From the NCBI RefSeq assembly GCF_006345805.1, contig NC_043015.1, positions 3,720,001 through 3,784,000 of the forward strand: 64,000 bases of DNA. Reading direction: 5' to 3'. The DNA comes from Octopus sinensis. Lineage: Eukaryota. The translations under genes were made by a program, and so were the position numbers. Positions 13,398 to 25,224 of this stretch are shown piece by piece (the stretch's first letter is position 1; the number at the start of each line of letters is the position of its first letter). The notes beneath the pieces are model-generated. The model was not told where the DNA came from, did not search any database, and was given only the letters and a program-made list of their open reading frames with translations.

Positions 13398-14010
13398 AAT
13401 TATCAAGTAGTTAGCGTGAAAAACATCATATGAGAAAAATTCGAAAATAATTTTTCCTTTTGAACATATTAATTTATATGTCCCTCTTAGTGTGAGGCAT
13501 TTATGTGTAATAATGCCCTCTATACAATATAAATTAATATGTTCAAAAGAAAAAAATATTTGCGAATTTTTCTCTTATGAGGTTTTTCACGCTAACTACC
13601 TGATAATTTCTTGTTAAGATTCCTTATTAAGAAATTATCCTTAATTGTAAAATTTATTCCGAAAAAACTTTTCCCATCCGACATGCAGTTCGAAAAAGCC
13701 CGCCATTTACCGAATATATGATTTATAAACATCTCCATGTGCTTCGCCGGAGAGCGCAGATGTCTGTTAGACTTCGGCAGGTAATGTTGGTCGGTTATTT
13801 ATGATGTGTTCAGAATCAGTTCTACTGATGAGCATAGACGCATTTTTATGCGGTAAGTGTGAAATCACAGGTGATATAGAACTAAATTCATTTTTTAAAT
13901 TTCTTGCTTTGAAAAACTGCATTATGTACGATAAGTGAAATTTTGGTAGTAATGACTTATGCCTTTCGTAGTGTGAGGCATTTATGTGTAAGAATGCCCT
14001 CTATATAATA
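13398..14010 (+). mobile_element. Retrozyme-like non-coding element: 5' fold-back plus ~481-bp monomer with terminal redundancy
   Basis: 13398-13479 is an inverted copy of 13527-13608. 13489-13530 is repeated at 13970-14010. Contains the hammerhead at 13818-13883. TA runs on both sides; no ORF. Confidence 0.65.
13818..13883 (+). ncRNA. Type I hammerhead ribozyme
   Basis: AGTTCTA-CTGATGA-GCA(taga)CGCAT-tttt-ATGCG(gtaag)TGT-GAA-ATCAC-ag-GTGAT-A-TAGAACT. Stem I 7 bp perfect, intact core, AUA site. Confidence 0.85.
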
Positions 14011-14825
14011 TATATATATAATTCAAATCAAAATGAGGGTGAAAAAATTGGATATTAATTTGATATCATGAATTTTAACACCAGTGGTCTAGCATATAAA
14101 AAAATGAGATTCAGTGAATAGTATTTCAGCATAGACGATCGTCCTGACGATCTACAGATCAATTTTTTAAGTAAAGTTACGTAATTTGTTAATAGTGAAA
14201 CAAACGTTTATGTTTAATCTATATTTTTGTTACTTTTCATTTGTCTTTTTCGATTACGTTTCTGGTGTGCTAAATTTTCTGGAGAACAATTAGTACTGGT
14301 TAAGCTCAGAGCGCATCATCTAGCATAAGGGTTTCCACATAGTGTATGAAATATATATACGCGTGTTTGTGTGTGTATTAAGTATATAGATGTATGTTCA
14401 CATGTATAAGTATATTTATGATTTACCTAACGATTTCAACGATTTCATAGTGAATCTTGTCAACGTCAATCTCACAGTTATCATCGTTTGCTACCAATAA
14501 CATTACTCTCTTCTACATTGATTTCGTCACATTAATCATTGTTAATCTAACGTGGATCGAATTCTTCACTCCCTTACATTTTCACTTTCGCATATATAGG
14601 TAAAATACTCGAGAGGATTACAAGTATTGTACACTTAAAATCTTTGATTAATTTAATCCTGTAGATGCATAAGTGCATACTATAGTGAATGTGTGTGCAT
14701 ATGTATTTACACAACTGTCTATCTATCTAACATCTCACTCACTCTCTCTTTATATATACGTATTATATATATATATACACACACAAGTTCTTTACCGTCC
14801 ACCTTGCTTTGCACATAAGTGCTCC

Positions 14826-14909
<84 letters not shown>

Positions 14910-15525
14910 CATATACATATAGACACACACACGCATATATATATATAGATATATAGATAGATACAATAAAAACAAAAATAAATTCGACCACTTTAAACTT
15001 TTCTATACTATTCGAAGCTTTTCGTTTCTTAAGCCATTCTTAAAAGGAAAAATAAAAATAACAAAACACTATTAACTTTCGTAATCAAAATCAGCTCTCT
15101 TTCCACTCACTTTATTTACGTAAGTACATCACCATATTGATTTTATTAATGTAAAATTTCCTCTCAGTGTTTGTGCAGTTATTTATGTATATTTATGTAT
15201 ATAGTCGGGTAAAATGAAAACTTCGATGACATACTGCAAGTGAAGCAAAACTTTGCACTTCAAGTACACGCGCATACTTTTTTATGACATAGATTCCGGA
15301 TTTTACAATTTGTTTTTATAAATATTGAATACTATTAAAATATGTATTCATGAGATTTACTCATAAAGGTTTGCAAGTTATTTCAGTAGTGTCTTTGTCC
15401 TTCTTATTTTTATATATACTTTCTGCAAAATATTTAGCAATTTTATGACACTAACTTTCTTGAAACTTGGGTTCATTTATAGACAGAAGAGACTATGCTT
15501 TCAGATAAATATGTACAAATGTGTG

Positions 15526-15607
<82 letters not shown>

Positions 15608-15644
15608 TGGCTGTGTGTGATTTTGTGTGTGTATCCCCGCGATG

Positions 15645-15872
15645 TTCATTGGAAATCCAAGCTGACAGTCATTTTAGGCCAGAGTCCAACCGTGGTGGGT
15701 AGTGATGAGAGTGCAGTGGAATTCCACGAGGAAGTGCGTAGATATGTCAAAGCCGCACCATCTCATAGCATCCTACTTAGTCTGGATGACCTCAATGCCC
15801 ATCTGACTAAGGAGAGCGGTGGAAATTCTTGCTGGTACTTACATAACAGCAGCGACCGAAATGGGGACTATT
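15645..15872 (+). mobile_element. LINE APE-endonuclease fragment (RTE-like)
   Basis: SKLTVILGQSPT...EFHEEV...APSHSILLSLDDLNAHL...YLHNSSDRNG resembles the APE motif (YAPT...FY..L...P.H..LI.GDFNA...NxNG). Confidence 0.65.
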
Positions 15873-15879
15873 GAGGGGC

Positions 15880-16910
15880 AAATAGTTATTGGTATTACAC
15901 GAAGGATGGGAAGAATATAGTAATGTGATTGCTTCGATTGCTCTGAAGATGATGGTGAAACTGATTGTGCTTGATAGTTTATGTTCTGTGTCATCAAATG
16001 AAGAAGATACTCAAAAACAATTATCTGCAAACCACCCAATTATGAATGAGAAATATTTCTAGAGACAGACAAGGAGCGTGGCATTTAAACCTTCTTTCCC
16101 AAGCAGCAGTAATAACTTCATCTTGTTATGTAGTGCGCCAAGAATGCGGGCCATCCCATTTTGCTATGTTTTACTATCTTTATGCGCCAGAATCTTCTTG
16201 CAGTAATTCGTAAATAGACAAATGTTGCAGATCAGGTTGTTAACAAAGGTCGACGGAAGGAAATTTATCACTCTAGACTGACGAAATTTATTGGACTGAT
16301 TATTCTTATAGGTGTTTATAAATCTAAACGTGAAAATGTCACACAGTTATGGAGTTAAGGAGATATATTTTCCTTCAAAACCGGGGAAATATGGAATTAA
16401 AATTTGGGCAATCTGCGACATGGAAAAAATCTTGTGTCTGGAAAATGCAAATTAGGCTTACGATGTTCAAGAGTTGTTGAAGACCAAGTAAAAGAACTTG
16501 AAAATGCTGGTTTAATTTTTTTTACAAGTCTGGATATACACTTGCAAATGAATGGCTCATGATTGATATAAGTGCAGTGAATGCTTTCATTGTTGCTAAA
16601 TAGGTCCATGTGCAAGGTTTCAAGTATATAGGAAGAGTGTACCTAATTAAGTTAGGAGTGGAACGTGCGGGAGTTCATGCTAAACAAGAACATGAGAAAC
16701 AGTCTTTTAGTTCCGCTAATATTTCTCAACCAAACAAGACGAGAAGACGATCTTCATCCTCATTTGAGATTCCTCCGCCAAAGAGAAAATATGTACTTCG
16801 TGTTGCCTCCGAAAAGACAGGAAAACTCGTATTACATGTAAGATTTGTAATATCTATGTTTGTCAAAAACGTTCCAATATTCTTTGCATTCACTGACAAT
16901 TTGTGAGAAA
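15880..16910 (+). mobile_element. piggyBac transposase remnant, internally deleted
   Basis: Acidic N-terminus, then VVRQECGPSHFA, RNFIGLIILIGVYKSKRENVTQLWS and YFPSKPGKYGIKIWAICD, and a C-terminal remnant. Termini not confirmed. Confidence 0.85.
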
Positions 16911-19900
16911 CTGTAATTCTTCCATTCACCTGATGTAGTGACATACATTTTCTCTTGTAGACGAAGGGTTACGACGTTGTCTACAGCATATATATAACTC
17001 GAACCTAAAAATCTTTCTACTGTACAAACAACAATTTTATTTGAATGCAATTATGCATCCTAGTCACTACTATTTCATCAAGGGTACATAGCTAAAAGAT
17101 GGCTATAAAGTATATTCGATTTCTAGGGAAATACTTAGTGATACAAAACCATATAGAATTGAGGATAATAGATGTGACCACCGGAGAGGAGGAAATGTAA
17201 CAAATATTCATTTTAAAATTTTCTCTTAGAAACACTGGACAGGAACAGGCTGTATGATTGGTTAAATAACATTTCCATGGATTGCAATAAACACAGCTTA
17301 CAATCTATAGTAATTATGCAAGTCTTAATAATGTTTGTAATAATAAATTTTATTTATACTACTACTACTACTACTACTACTAGTAGTAGTAGTACTACTA
17401 GTACTACTACTAGTAGTTAGTTAGTTAGTTAATTTGGCTCAAAAGCAAATAGCAAGGCGATGTAGGGGGACATGGAGTTAAGTACAGGGTGGTGTTCATG
17501 TAAAGAGTTCAGGCCACTTGAGGTCCAGGGAGGCTTTGAACAAAGCGGTCGTCGGCATCTTCACCTGCTGCTGCTGCTGCTGCTACTAGTACTACTACTA
17601 CTATCGCTGCTTCTACTACTACTACTACTACTAACTACTACTACTACTACTACTACTAACTACTACTACTACTACTATAAATAATAATAGCAATAATATT
17701 TATTTGAGTGTATAAAACCAAAATAAGTGAAATACCACTAAATAATGTAAGCACATTATACAGCAAAATGTAAAAAAACTTATAAAAATTAGCTGTTATC
17801 TGAAAGAACATTTTAAAACTACGCTTGAACTGTAATATCAGTATGGGTGATTGTAAGACTACGATTCCTTTGGATTTAAAAAGAAGCGTTACGAAATTTA
17901 ACTGAATACCAACGATAGATACTTGTTCGAATTACTTCAGTTTGGAAACGTCGTGATTTTTGGACCTTTGATGAAACTGTAGCAACTGCGATACGTAGTT
18001 TCATAGTGAGAAGACATTTATGTACAACACCCTGACTCATGTACTCAGAAATGTCTCTATAACATATGCAGGCTTTGTCATTCTTCTTTAAATCATGTTT
18101 GCTACACACGTACATGACAAACGTTCGCGTGTGCCCTCTATTACATGTGTGCTCACCATGTGTGTCGAAGGCAGAAATTTGTGAAACATTCGATTCTGAA
18201 TTCGATGTCTTTCCAAGACAAAGAGCGACGAAGATTTCAGTCACCGATAAATATAAGTAGAACATCGGTGTACATGCCATGGCTGAGGGAACACGGTGCT
18301 CAGACACCTCTGATATTTATTTATCAACCACTGACAATTCATGTACATGTGGTGAATGCCAGTAAATTTCCTATATAAAATGCATACCATTTAGCTATCA
18401 TAGAAGTCAGTTTTATTGTACATAGCTGAGAAGCCGACAAATACATTCAATAATTTACCATCAAAATATTATTCGGAATTACCATAAATATAAAGCAAAC
18501 TTATAATCGAATTCATGTTAACTTCCAACTAAACTTAAACGATATGTAACTTCCGTATATATTAGCTTTATATTCTCTATCGGCTGTGTCACTGCCTATA
18601 TTAAATTTGTCAAATTTATCAAATATGTGGAATAAACATACGATAAGATTCTAGACGATTCTTTGTATATTTATGCAGCTATTGTGTGATGTTCTGTTAA
18701 CAGTACATGTTATTTCATACTTAAGCTTGATTTATATATAAACTGAGATGTAGACTCACGACGGACAAATATGAGGAAACCGTAAATTGTTATTTGTATT
18801 CTTACCTATACAATCTGTTTCCGTTGCGCTGTAAAATCATTGCCATAACGTGGACGGCGTTGACGTCATCGTCGAAGACGTGTTCATTATCATTTTCATT
18901 TCAGTAAGAGCTACTGAATTCCATTGTACCGGGTAGTTCTGTAGACATGTTGTCAAGTATCTTGAGAGAGCCTCTTTCATATTACTTAATTGGTTGTTAA
19001 TCCTCGCAATACACCTACAACTACTGGACTACAGCAATGACAGTACTTTCTTCATTGTCCACATTCGTGTCATCTCACCGTTTACAGGCATATGCTTCGG
19101 AAACTTCTCTAGTTCTTTATCAGCAACTCGTACATCCTCGGCCATAAATCTTCTGTTTTATATTCGTGCAATTTCAAAGTCTTATTAAAACGGTACTTAT
19201 TAACCAATTTTCATCGGAAATACCTATAAGTGCCATTTGAAGTCGTTGTAATAGAAACCGCTGGCCTTATGCAAAGATTTGAAAGTTACTCTTGTCCATC
19301 ACGTCCATTGTTTTAAGGTGTTTTCCATGTATCGTTTTCAAATTCCTGTTAAAACTTTGCTCTTCATCTTGTTTCTTAGATTTTTTAGTGTGTTCACTAG
19401 ATATTGAGTTGCTACTTCTAACAGCAACAATCTGAGATTCGAGTAGCTGTTTAACGTACCATGTTAGAACGGTTTCCTCACTGACAAAACATATATCGCA
19501 TTCTATGTGACCTCTTCTTCCTTTTGTGCCAAACAACAAAAAAACTTATGGACATCACTGTTATGGTGCAGTTTTTTGTTCATTGTCATAAGATTTCTGC
19601 CTTTCTCTCCACTCATTCAAGCAATCTAACATCCCCTACACCATATAACATAAAGGAGACAACTCAAGTTTTTATTGCGCGGATCTTGTACTTTCAACTG
19701 AGTCTACTCTTCATAATTAACATGGTTGTTTCTCCTGATGTATTCTCGCCTAAAGCTTTCCTTCCTCTCATTCTCCTGGATATTGTCTTACGCCACAATA
19801 CACAGATATCTGTATCCATCTAACTCAGCATCCTTAATTTTTTCCGTGTTGCGAAGTTATCATCAACCGATGACACTTGCATTTTTTTATTATTATAAGC

Positions 19901-19994
19901 AGGCTGCACTTATTAATCGAAAATTCCATCTCGATATCCTTACTATGTGTGTGTATACTTTTATTCTTTTATTTCTTTCAGTCATTTAACTGCG

Positions 19995-20145
19995 CCTTTA
20001 GTCGACTAAATAGATGCGAGGACTTATTTTCGTAACCCTAATATTATTCCATCAGAACATTTGCCGAACCGCTAATTTACGTGGAGGTAGGCACACAAAC
20101 ATCGTTTGTGAAGCGATGGTGAGTGGACAAACGCAGACACAGTAA
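19995..20145 (-). mobile_element. SINE family A 3' tail
   Basis: GCCTTTAGTCGAC...GAACCGCTAA...GGACAAACGCAGACAC matches 40545-40695. Confidence 0.7.
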
Positions 20146-20193
20146 TTTCCTTTTTTGTAGAGGTCATTTTTCAAAGTATGTTTCCGATGGCCG

Positions 20194-20254
20194 GATAACT
20201 GAAGAGATGGTGACGTGGATTTCCACCTCGGCATCCGAAACTCGGAGTTTGATC
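20194..20254 (+). ncRNA. Type I hammerhead ribozyme (slightly degenerate)
   Basis: GATAA-CTGAAGA-GATG(gtgac)GTGG-attt-CCAC(ctcgg)CATC-c-GAA-ACTC-g-GAGT-T-TGATC. GUU site; one stem I mismatch. Confidence 0.6.
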
Positions 20255-20490
20255 ATAGCTACAAATTATTGTCACATATTACATTTACAGATAAATTCCT
20301 CAATTTACATAATATCGGGGTATCTTTCTTTCTTTTGTTGTCTTACCATTTTCATCAATATATATATATATATATATAATATATATATATATATAATATA
20401 ATAATAATAATAATAAATATTAGGGAATAAATCCAAATTTACAGGGAAAATCAGATTTAGGATTGAATCCAATTTTATAGTAAAATATAA

Positions 20491-20604
20491 TATAATATTA
20501 ATTAGAGACAAAACCACTATTATGCAAATCAAACAAAGAAAGACTTAATCCAATACATAAAAAGTTTTATATAAATAGTGGTTGTGTCTCTAATTAATAT
20601 TATA
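20491..20604. repeat. Small fold-back: 31-bp inverted repeats, 52-bp spacer
   Basis: 20491-20521 vs 20574-20604, 1 mismatch; TA-rich flanks. Confidence 0.8.
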
Positions 20605-20633
20605 TATATATATATACATATATAGATATATAG

Positions 20634-20692
<59 letters not shown>

Positions 20693-20713
20693 ATATGGGT
20701 GTGTCGGTGTGTA

Positions 20714-20744
<31 letters not shown>

Positions 20745-20771
20745 ATATATATTTGTGTGTGTGTGTGTGCA

Positions 20772-20814
<43 letters not shown>

Positions 20815-20816
<2 letters not shown>

Positions 20817-20995
20817 CTTTCAAATCTTCGCATAAGGCCAGCAGTTTCGGAGCTATGATTCTGTGTATTTTTACCGAACCAGGAAGGATACAATGTAAAT
20901 TTGACCTCGGCAGAATTTGAACATACACTGCGATGACGGGCGAAATGCCACGAATTTTTATTTCCCGGCGGGCCAATATTTCTGCCATTTCGCCA
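20815..20995 (-). mobile_element. SINE family C
   Basis: GACCTCGGCAGAATTTGAAC...GCGAAATGCC...TTCTGCCATTTCGCC, homologous to the 8.1 and 60.7 kb copies. Confidence 0.7.
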
Positions 20996-22085
20996 CGATA
21001 TTATGTATTTTGATATTGTTGGAGTGTGAATGAATTCTGCACAATCGAATATTCTGCTGGAATAAATTTTAATTTATATATTTCGTTTTCTTTCTATAAA
21101 TTATATTAAACACTTACGTTCCCCACGTTCATCCACTAACGTTCATGTCTCTCCTTATATAATCCATTTCTGTCAAATACATATTTCCTGTTTAACATCA
21201 AATCCACCATATTCGCTCTTACTCTCTTCGCATGTGTCCCTCTCAATCTATGTACATTCTAATATAAATGCTAGTATTTTTTCTATTTACAATTCTTCGA
21301 ACGTTAAGCAAATTTTAAATATGCTTTTAATCGAATGGGTTTTTTTCTATGTAAATATACTCAAACGGTTGTTAATCTCACGGTGACATACGCTCTTGCT
21401 TCCTTATCATCTTCTTTAAAATATCATCGTGTTTATTTAACTATATCTTATAATTCCTCTTTTTTATTTGTATATATGACGCCAACATTTCAATTCCCTT
21501 TTATCGATCTAGAAATCGTCACCCAGATTCCAAATTTTCATATTTTGTTTGTTCATAAAGGAATTCGTAATTCAAAATATATTTTATACTTTTCTGATAT
21601 TTTCGAGTAACTATTAAAGATGACGTTACCTCCATCTTGTCTTATTTATTCTAAACAATATATATCCTTCTCCCTGAATGTATAACTTTTAAATATAAAA
21701 AAAGGATTCCATTCAAATACTCTCCAGGAACACGATGCATAAATGTTGACAATGGAGGCATTGGACCCATTGAAACTGTCATAGAGAGATTTTGAATTAA
21801 ATCTGAGGATATTACATGCAGAATTATAGCATAAGTAGAAGCTTTAAAATATCGTATAGTTCTTTTATTCTAACTACGCATTTCGTATAATAAAATTTAA
21901 GTATTATCTCTTTTTCTATGTAACTTATTTACACATTGCACGTAATGTTTTATATATAGGCAAACATACATGCACATACAAACATGTATATTGATATAAA
22001 TCCATTTACAGATAGGGAGATTGATAAATGGATACATAGGTATGTAGGTAGGTGGTATGTAGGTAGGTAGGTGGGTCGGTAAGTA

Positions 22086-22381
<296 letters not shown>

Positions 22382-22473
22382 ATAGCTGAAGAAATTTCTT
22401 TAGCTGCTATTTCTAATGAGTTCAGTATGTGGCAAAGTAATTTATTTTACTAAGCCCTTATATATAATGTAAT

Positions 22474-22522
<49 letters not shown>

Positions 22523-22550
22523 ATGATATATATAATGTAATTATATATAT

Positions 22551-22592
<42 letters not shown>

Positions 22593-22772
22593 CATTATAT
22601 ATAAGGGCTTAGTAAAATAAATTACTTTGCCACATACTGAACTCATTAGAAATAGCAGCTAAAGAAATTTCTTCAGCTATTTCTAATACTTAAAGAAGAT
22701 CTCTCTCAGATAGTGTTTGCCTAAACTAACTCACAAGAGTATGGGGGAAAAAACATTAAAAAATCAAGTGCA

Positions 22773-22842
22773 AAGGTTATTTGAGAACGTACGTTTCTAG
22801 ATTAGTCAATTCGACATTTCTTTCTTCAGCTCAGAATTCCTT
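22773..22842 (-). ncRNA. Type I hammerhead ribozyme, unit 1
   Basis: AAGG(aattc)TGAG-CTGAAGA-aAGA(aat)GTC-gaatt-GAC(taa)TCTa-GAA-ACGTACGT-T-CTCA(aataa)CCTT. Palindromic stem III, GUU site after 22786. Confidence 0.75.
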
Positions 22843-23330
22843 GAATCGGATTTGGGAACACTGAAAGTCGGGAGCATACCCTTTCGGCTTCTAATCACCT
22901 CAAGAATTCTGCTCGAACTAAAAGTGTTATCAAATTCGAATATGCAAGCGAAGAATTTCTGCTCTCCCCTTTCCACCAGCGTGGGTTAAAATTGACAAAC
23001 ACCATGTATTAACGGTGAAAACCGCAGCATTTTAAAGAGAAAGATGAATTATAATTTCAACAGTTGAGGGTAAAATTAATTAATTATTAATCAATTTCAC
23101 CAAGTATTCAGTATGTAAAGGGACCATTATAGGCGAATTCAAAATATTACATTATATATAAGGGCTTAGTAAAATAAATTACTTTGCCACATACTGAACT
23201 CATTAGAAATAGCAGCTAAAGAAATTTCTTCAGCTATTTCTAATACTTAAAGAAGATCTCTCTCAGATAGTGTTTGCCTAAACTAACTCACAAGAGTATG
23301 GGGGGAAAAAACATTAAAAAATCAAGTGCA

Positions 23331-23399
23331 AAGGTTATTGAGAACGTACGTTTCTAGATTAGTCAATTCGACATTTCTTTCTTCAGCTCAGAATTCCTT
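23331..23399 (-). ncRNA. Type I hammerhead ribozyme, unit 2
   Basis: Same fold as unit 1; predicted cleavage after 23343. Confidence 0.75.
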
Positions 23400-23856
23400 G
23401 AATCGGATTTGGGACACTGAAAGTCGGGAGCATACCCTTTCGGCTTCTAATCACCTCAAGAATTCTGCTCGAACTAAAAGTGTTATCAAATTCGAATATG
23501 CAAGCGAAGAATTTCTGCTCTCCCCTTTCCACCAGCGTGGGTTAAAATTGACAAACACCATGTATTAACGGTGAAAACCGCAGCATTTTAAAGAGAAAGA
23601 TGAATTATAATTTCAACAATTGAGGGTAAGATTAATTAATTATTAATCAATTTCACCAAGTATTCAGTATGTAAAGGGACCATTATAGGCGAATTCAAAA
23701 TATTAGAGAGATCTTCTTTAAGTATTAGAAATAGCTGAAGAAATTTCTTTAGCTGCTATTTCTAATGAGTTCAGTATGTGGCAAAGTAATTTATTTTACT
23801 AAGCCCTTATATATAATGTAATATTTTGAATTCGCCTATAATGGTCCCTTTATCAA

Positions 23857-23884
23857 CCCGAGCAACGCCGGGCGATACTGCTAG
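23857..23884 (+). mobile_element. Helitron-like 3' terminus
   Basis: CCCG-agcaacgc-CGGG hairpin, 8 nt, then CTAG|T: canonical hairpin plus CTRR before T. Confidence 0.6.
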
Positions 23885-24182
23885 TTAATAATAATATTCA
23901 CACTCTGAAAATGACCAATTCAAACACGGAAATATATTCATACAGTAATCCGCATACATCACATAAAAAAAAATGTTTTATGTTCACCAAAATTTACAAC
24001 AACGGGGATTGTGGGTATACACCGATATTCTGAGATGCAGTATCACCGACCATCAAACTATTTTCTTCAACTATCTATACATCAGCATATATTTGGTTCT
24101 AAATTCAAGTGTCACATTGGGCAATTTCAAAGCATCGATGCATTCATGCACGTATACGTATATGTGTACACACACACAGTCC

Positions 24183-24252
<70 letters not shown>

Positions 24253-24626
24253 ATATCTTCATCATTATTTAACTATATTGGCAGCTGAAACTCAAGATGT
24301 TAACGGTATACCTGATGAGATGCAGGCTGGAAAATCGATACGACACAACATGCTCAGCTGGGTCCCACACTTACAGGACAATAGTATGACGGGTAGAAAC
24401 GATCATTGTAGAGAAAAGGGTTTAATACGAGATCCATCATCTCGATACTTAATTGTGATATATAAATAAATATATAATGCGGCTGAAATACATAACATCA
24501 ACAACCAGCAAAGAATACCTAAATTCACGAGTGATAAAGGGACAAAGGCTAAAACGATGCAAACACATTGTGACCAGCGATGTGTAACAACATCTGATGG
24601 TCTGGTCGGTTAATTGATCACGTGAT

Positions 24627-24687
<61 letters not shown>

Positions 24688-24860
24688 ATGGTGGTGCAGT
24701 GGTTATATATATACAAATCTGTTTGAGGTTAAATTAGCCTCTTGTAGGGATGATGTCATCTAAGGAAATGCTGGTTCAATAACTAAGTATGTGGAAGAGT
24801 AAATTGATTTCCTCAAAATAATACGTTTATATTTAAACTGTAGTTTATATTCATGGGAAG

Positions 24861-25224
24861 GAAAAAAGAAGAAAATGGAGATTTTGAAGCTATCCTTTAG
24901 AGCTGTTTCATTTATACACAAGGAAATTAATTAAATATTAAGTCCATATTTCTGAATATAATCTCTTCAGAGCGAATACATTTACCCTTACATATTATGT
25001 ATATATGTTTCTAAATTGATGGCAGCTGCAATGAATTTAGAAATAAACATACATAATATCTAAGGGTATATGTTTTCGCTCTGAAGAGATTATGTTCAGA
25101 AATATGGATTTAATATTTAATTAAATTCACTGTGTATAACTGAAAGTACTATAAGGGATAACGGTCGATTTTTTTGCTGATATTAAAGTATTAACTTCAA
25201 AATCTCCATTTTCTTACTTTTTTC
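24861..25224. mobile_element. MITE-like imperfect fold-back element
   Basis: Terminal arms AAGAAAATGGAGATTTTGAAG (24869) and CTTCAAAATCTCCATTTTCTT (25195-25215). A long inner arm pair is centred on the palindrome GCAGCTGC. Confidence 0.75.

Larger units (their letters stand above)
22380..23852 (-). mobile_element. Retrozyme-like element: two 556-557-bp head-to-tail units with inverted partial copies at both ends
   Basis: Units ~22591-23147 and ~23148-23704 are nearly identical. 23705-23852 is the inverse of 23116-23263; 22380-22480 is the inverse of 22582-22682. One hammerhead per unit; no credible ORF. Confidence 0.8.

Noticed and set aside
14144-14220. CTGACGA...GAAAC as a further hammerhead
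   Set aside because: No convincing stem I or stem II pairing.
18780-19200. Possible minus-strand exon ending AG|GTAAG
   Set aside because: Frame has several stops and no recognisable protein.
23326-23568. 80-aa ORF within the tandem unit
   Set aside because: Starts at a non-ATG codon, lies antisense to the ribozyme, and is frameshifted in the other unit.
22591-23704. CRISPR array or satellite interpretation of the tandem units
   Set aside because: Two long identical units with no unique spacers, in a eukaryotic context with no cas genes. No CRISPR, rRNA or true tRNA gene is supported anywhere in the window; tRNA-like boxes belong to SINEs.
24312-24345. CTGATGAG...GAAA as a hammerhead
   Set aside because: Stem III and stem I do not close in any permutation I tried.
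25081-25115. CTGAAGA...GAAAT inside the MITE as a hammerhead
   Set aside because: No stem I complement after the putative cleavage site.
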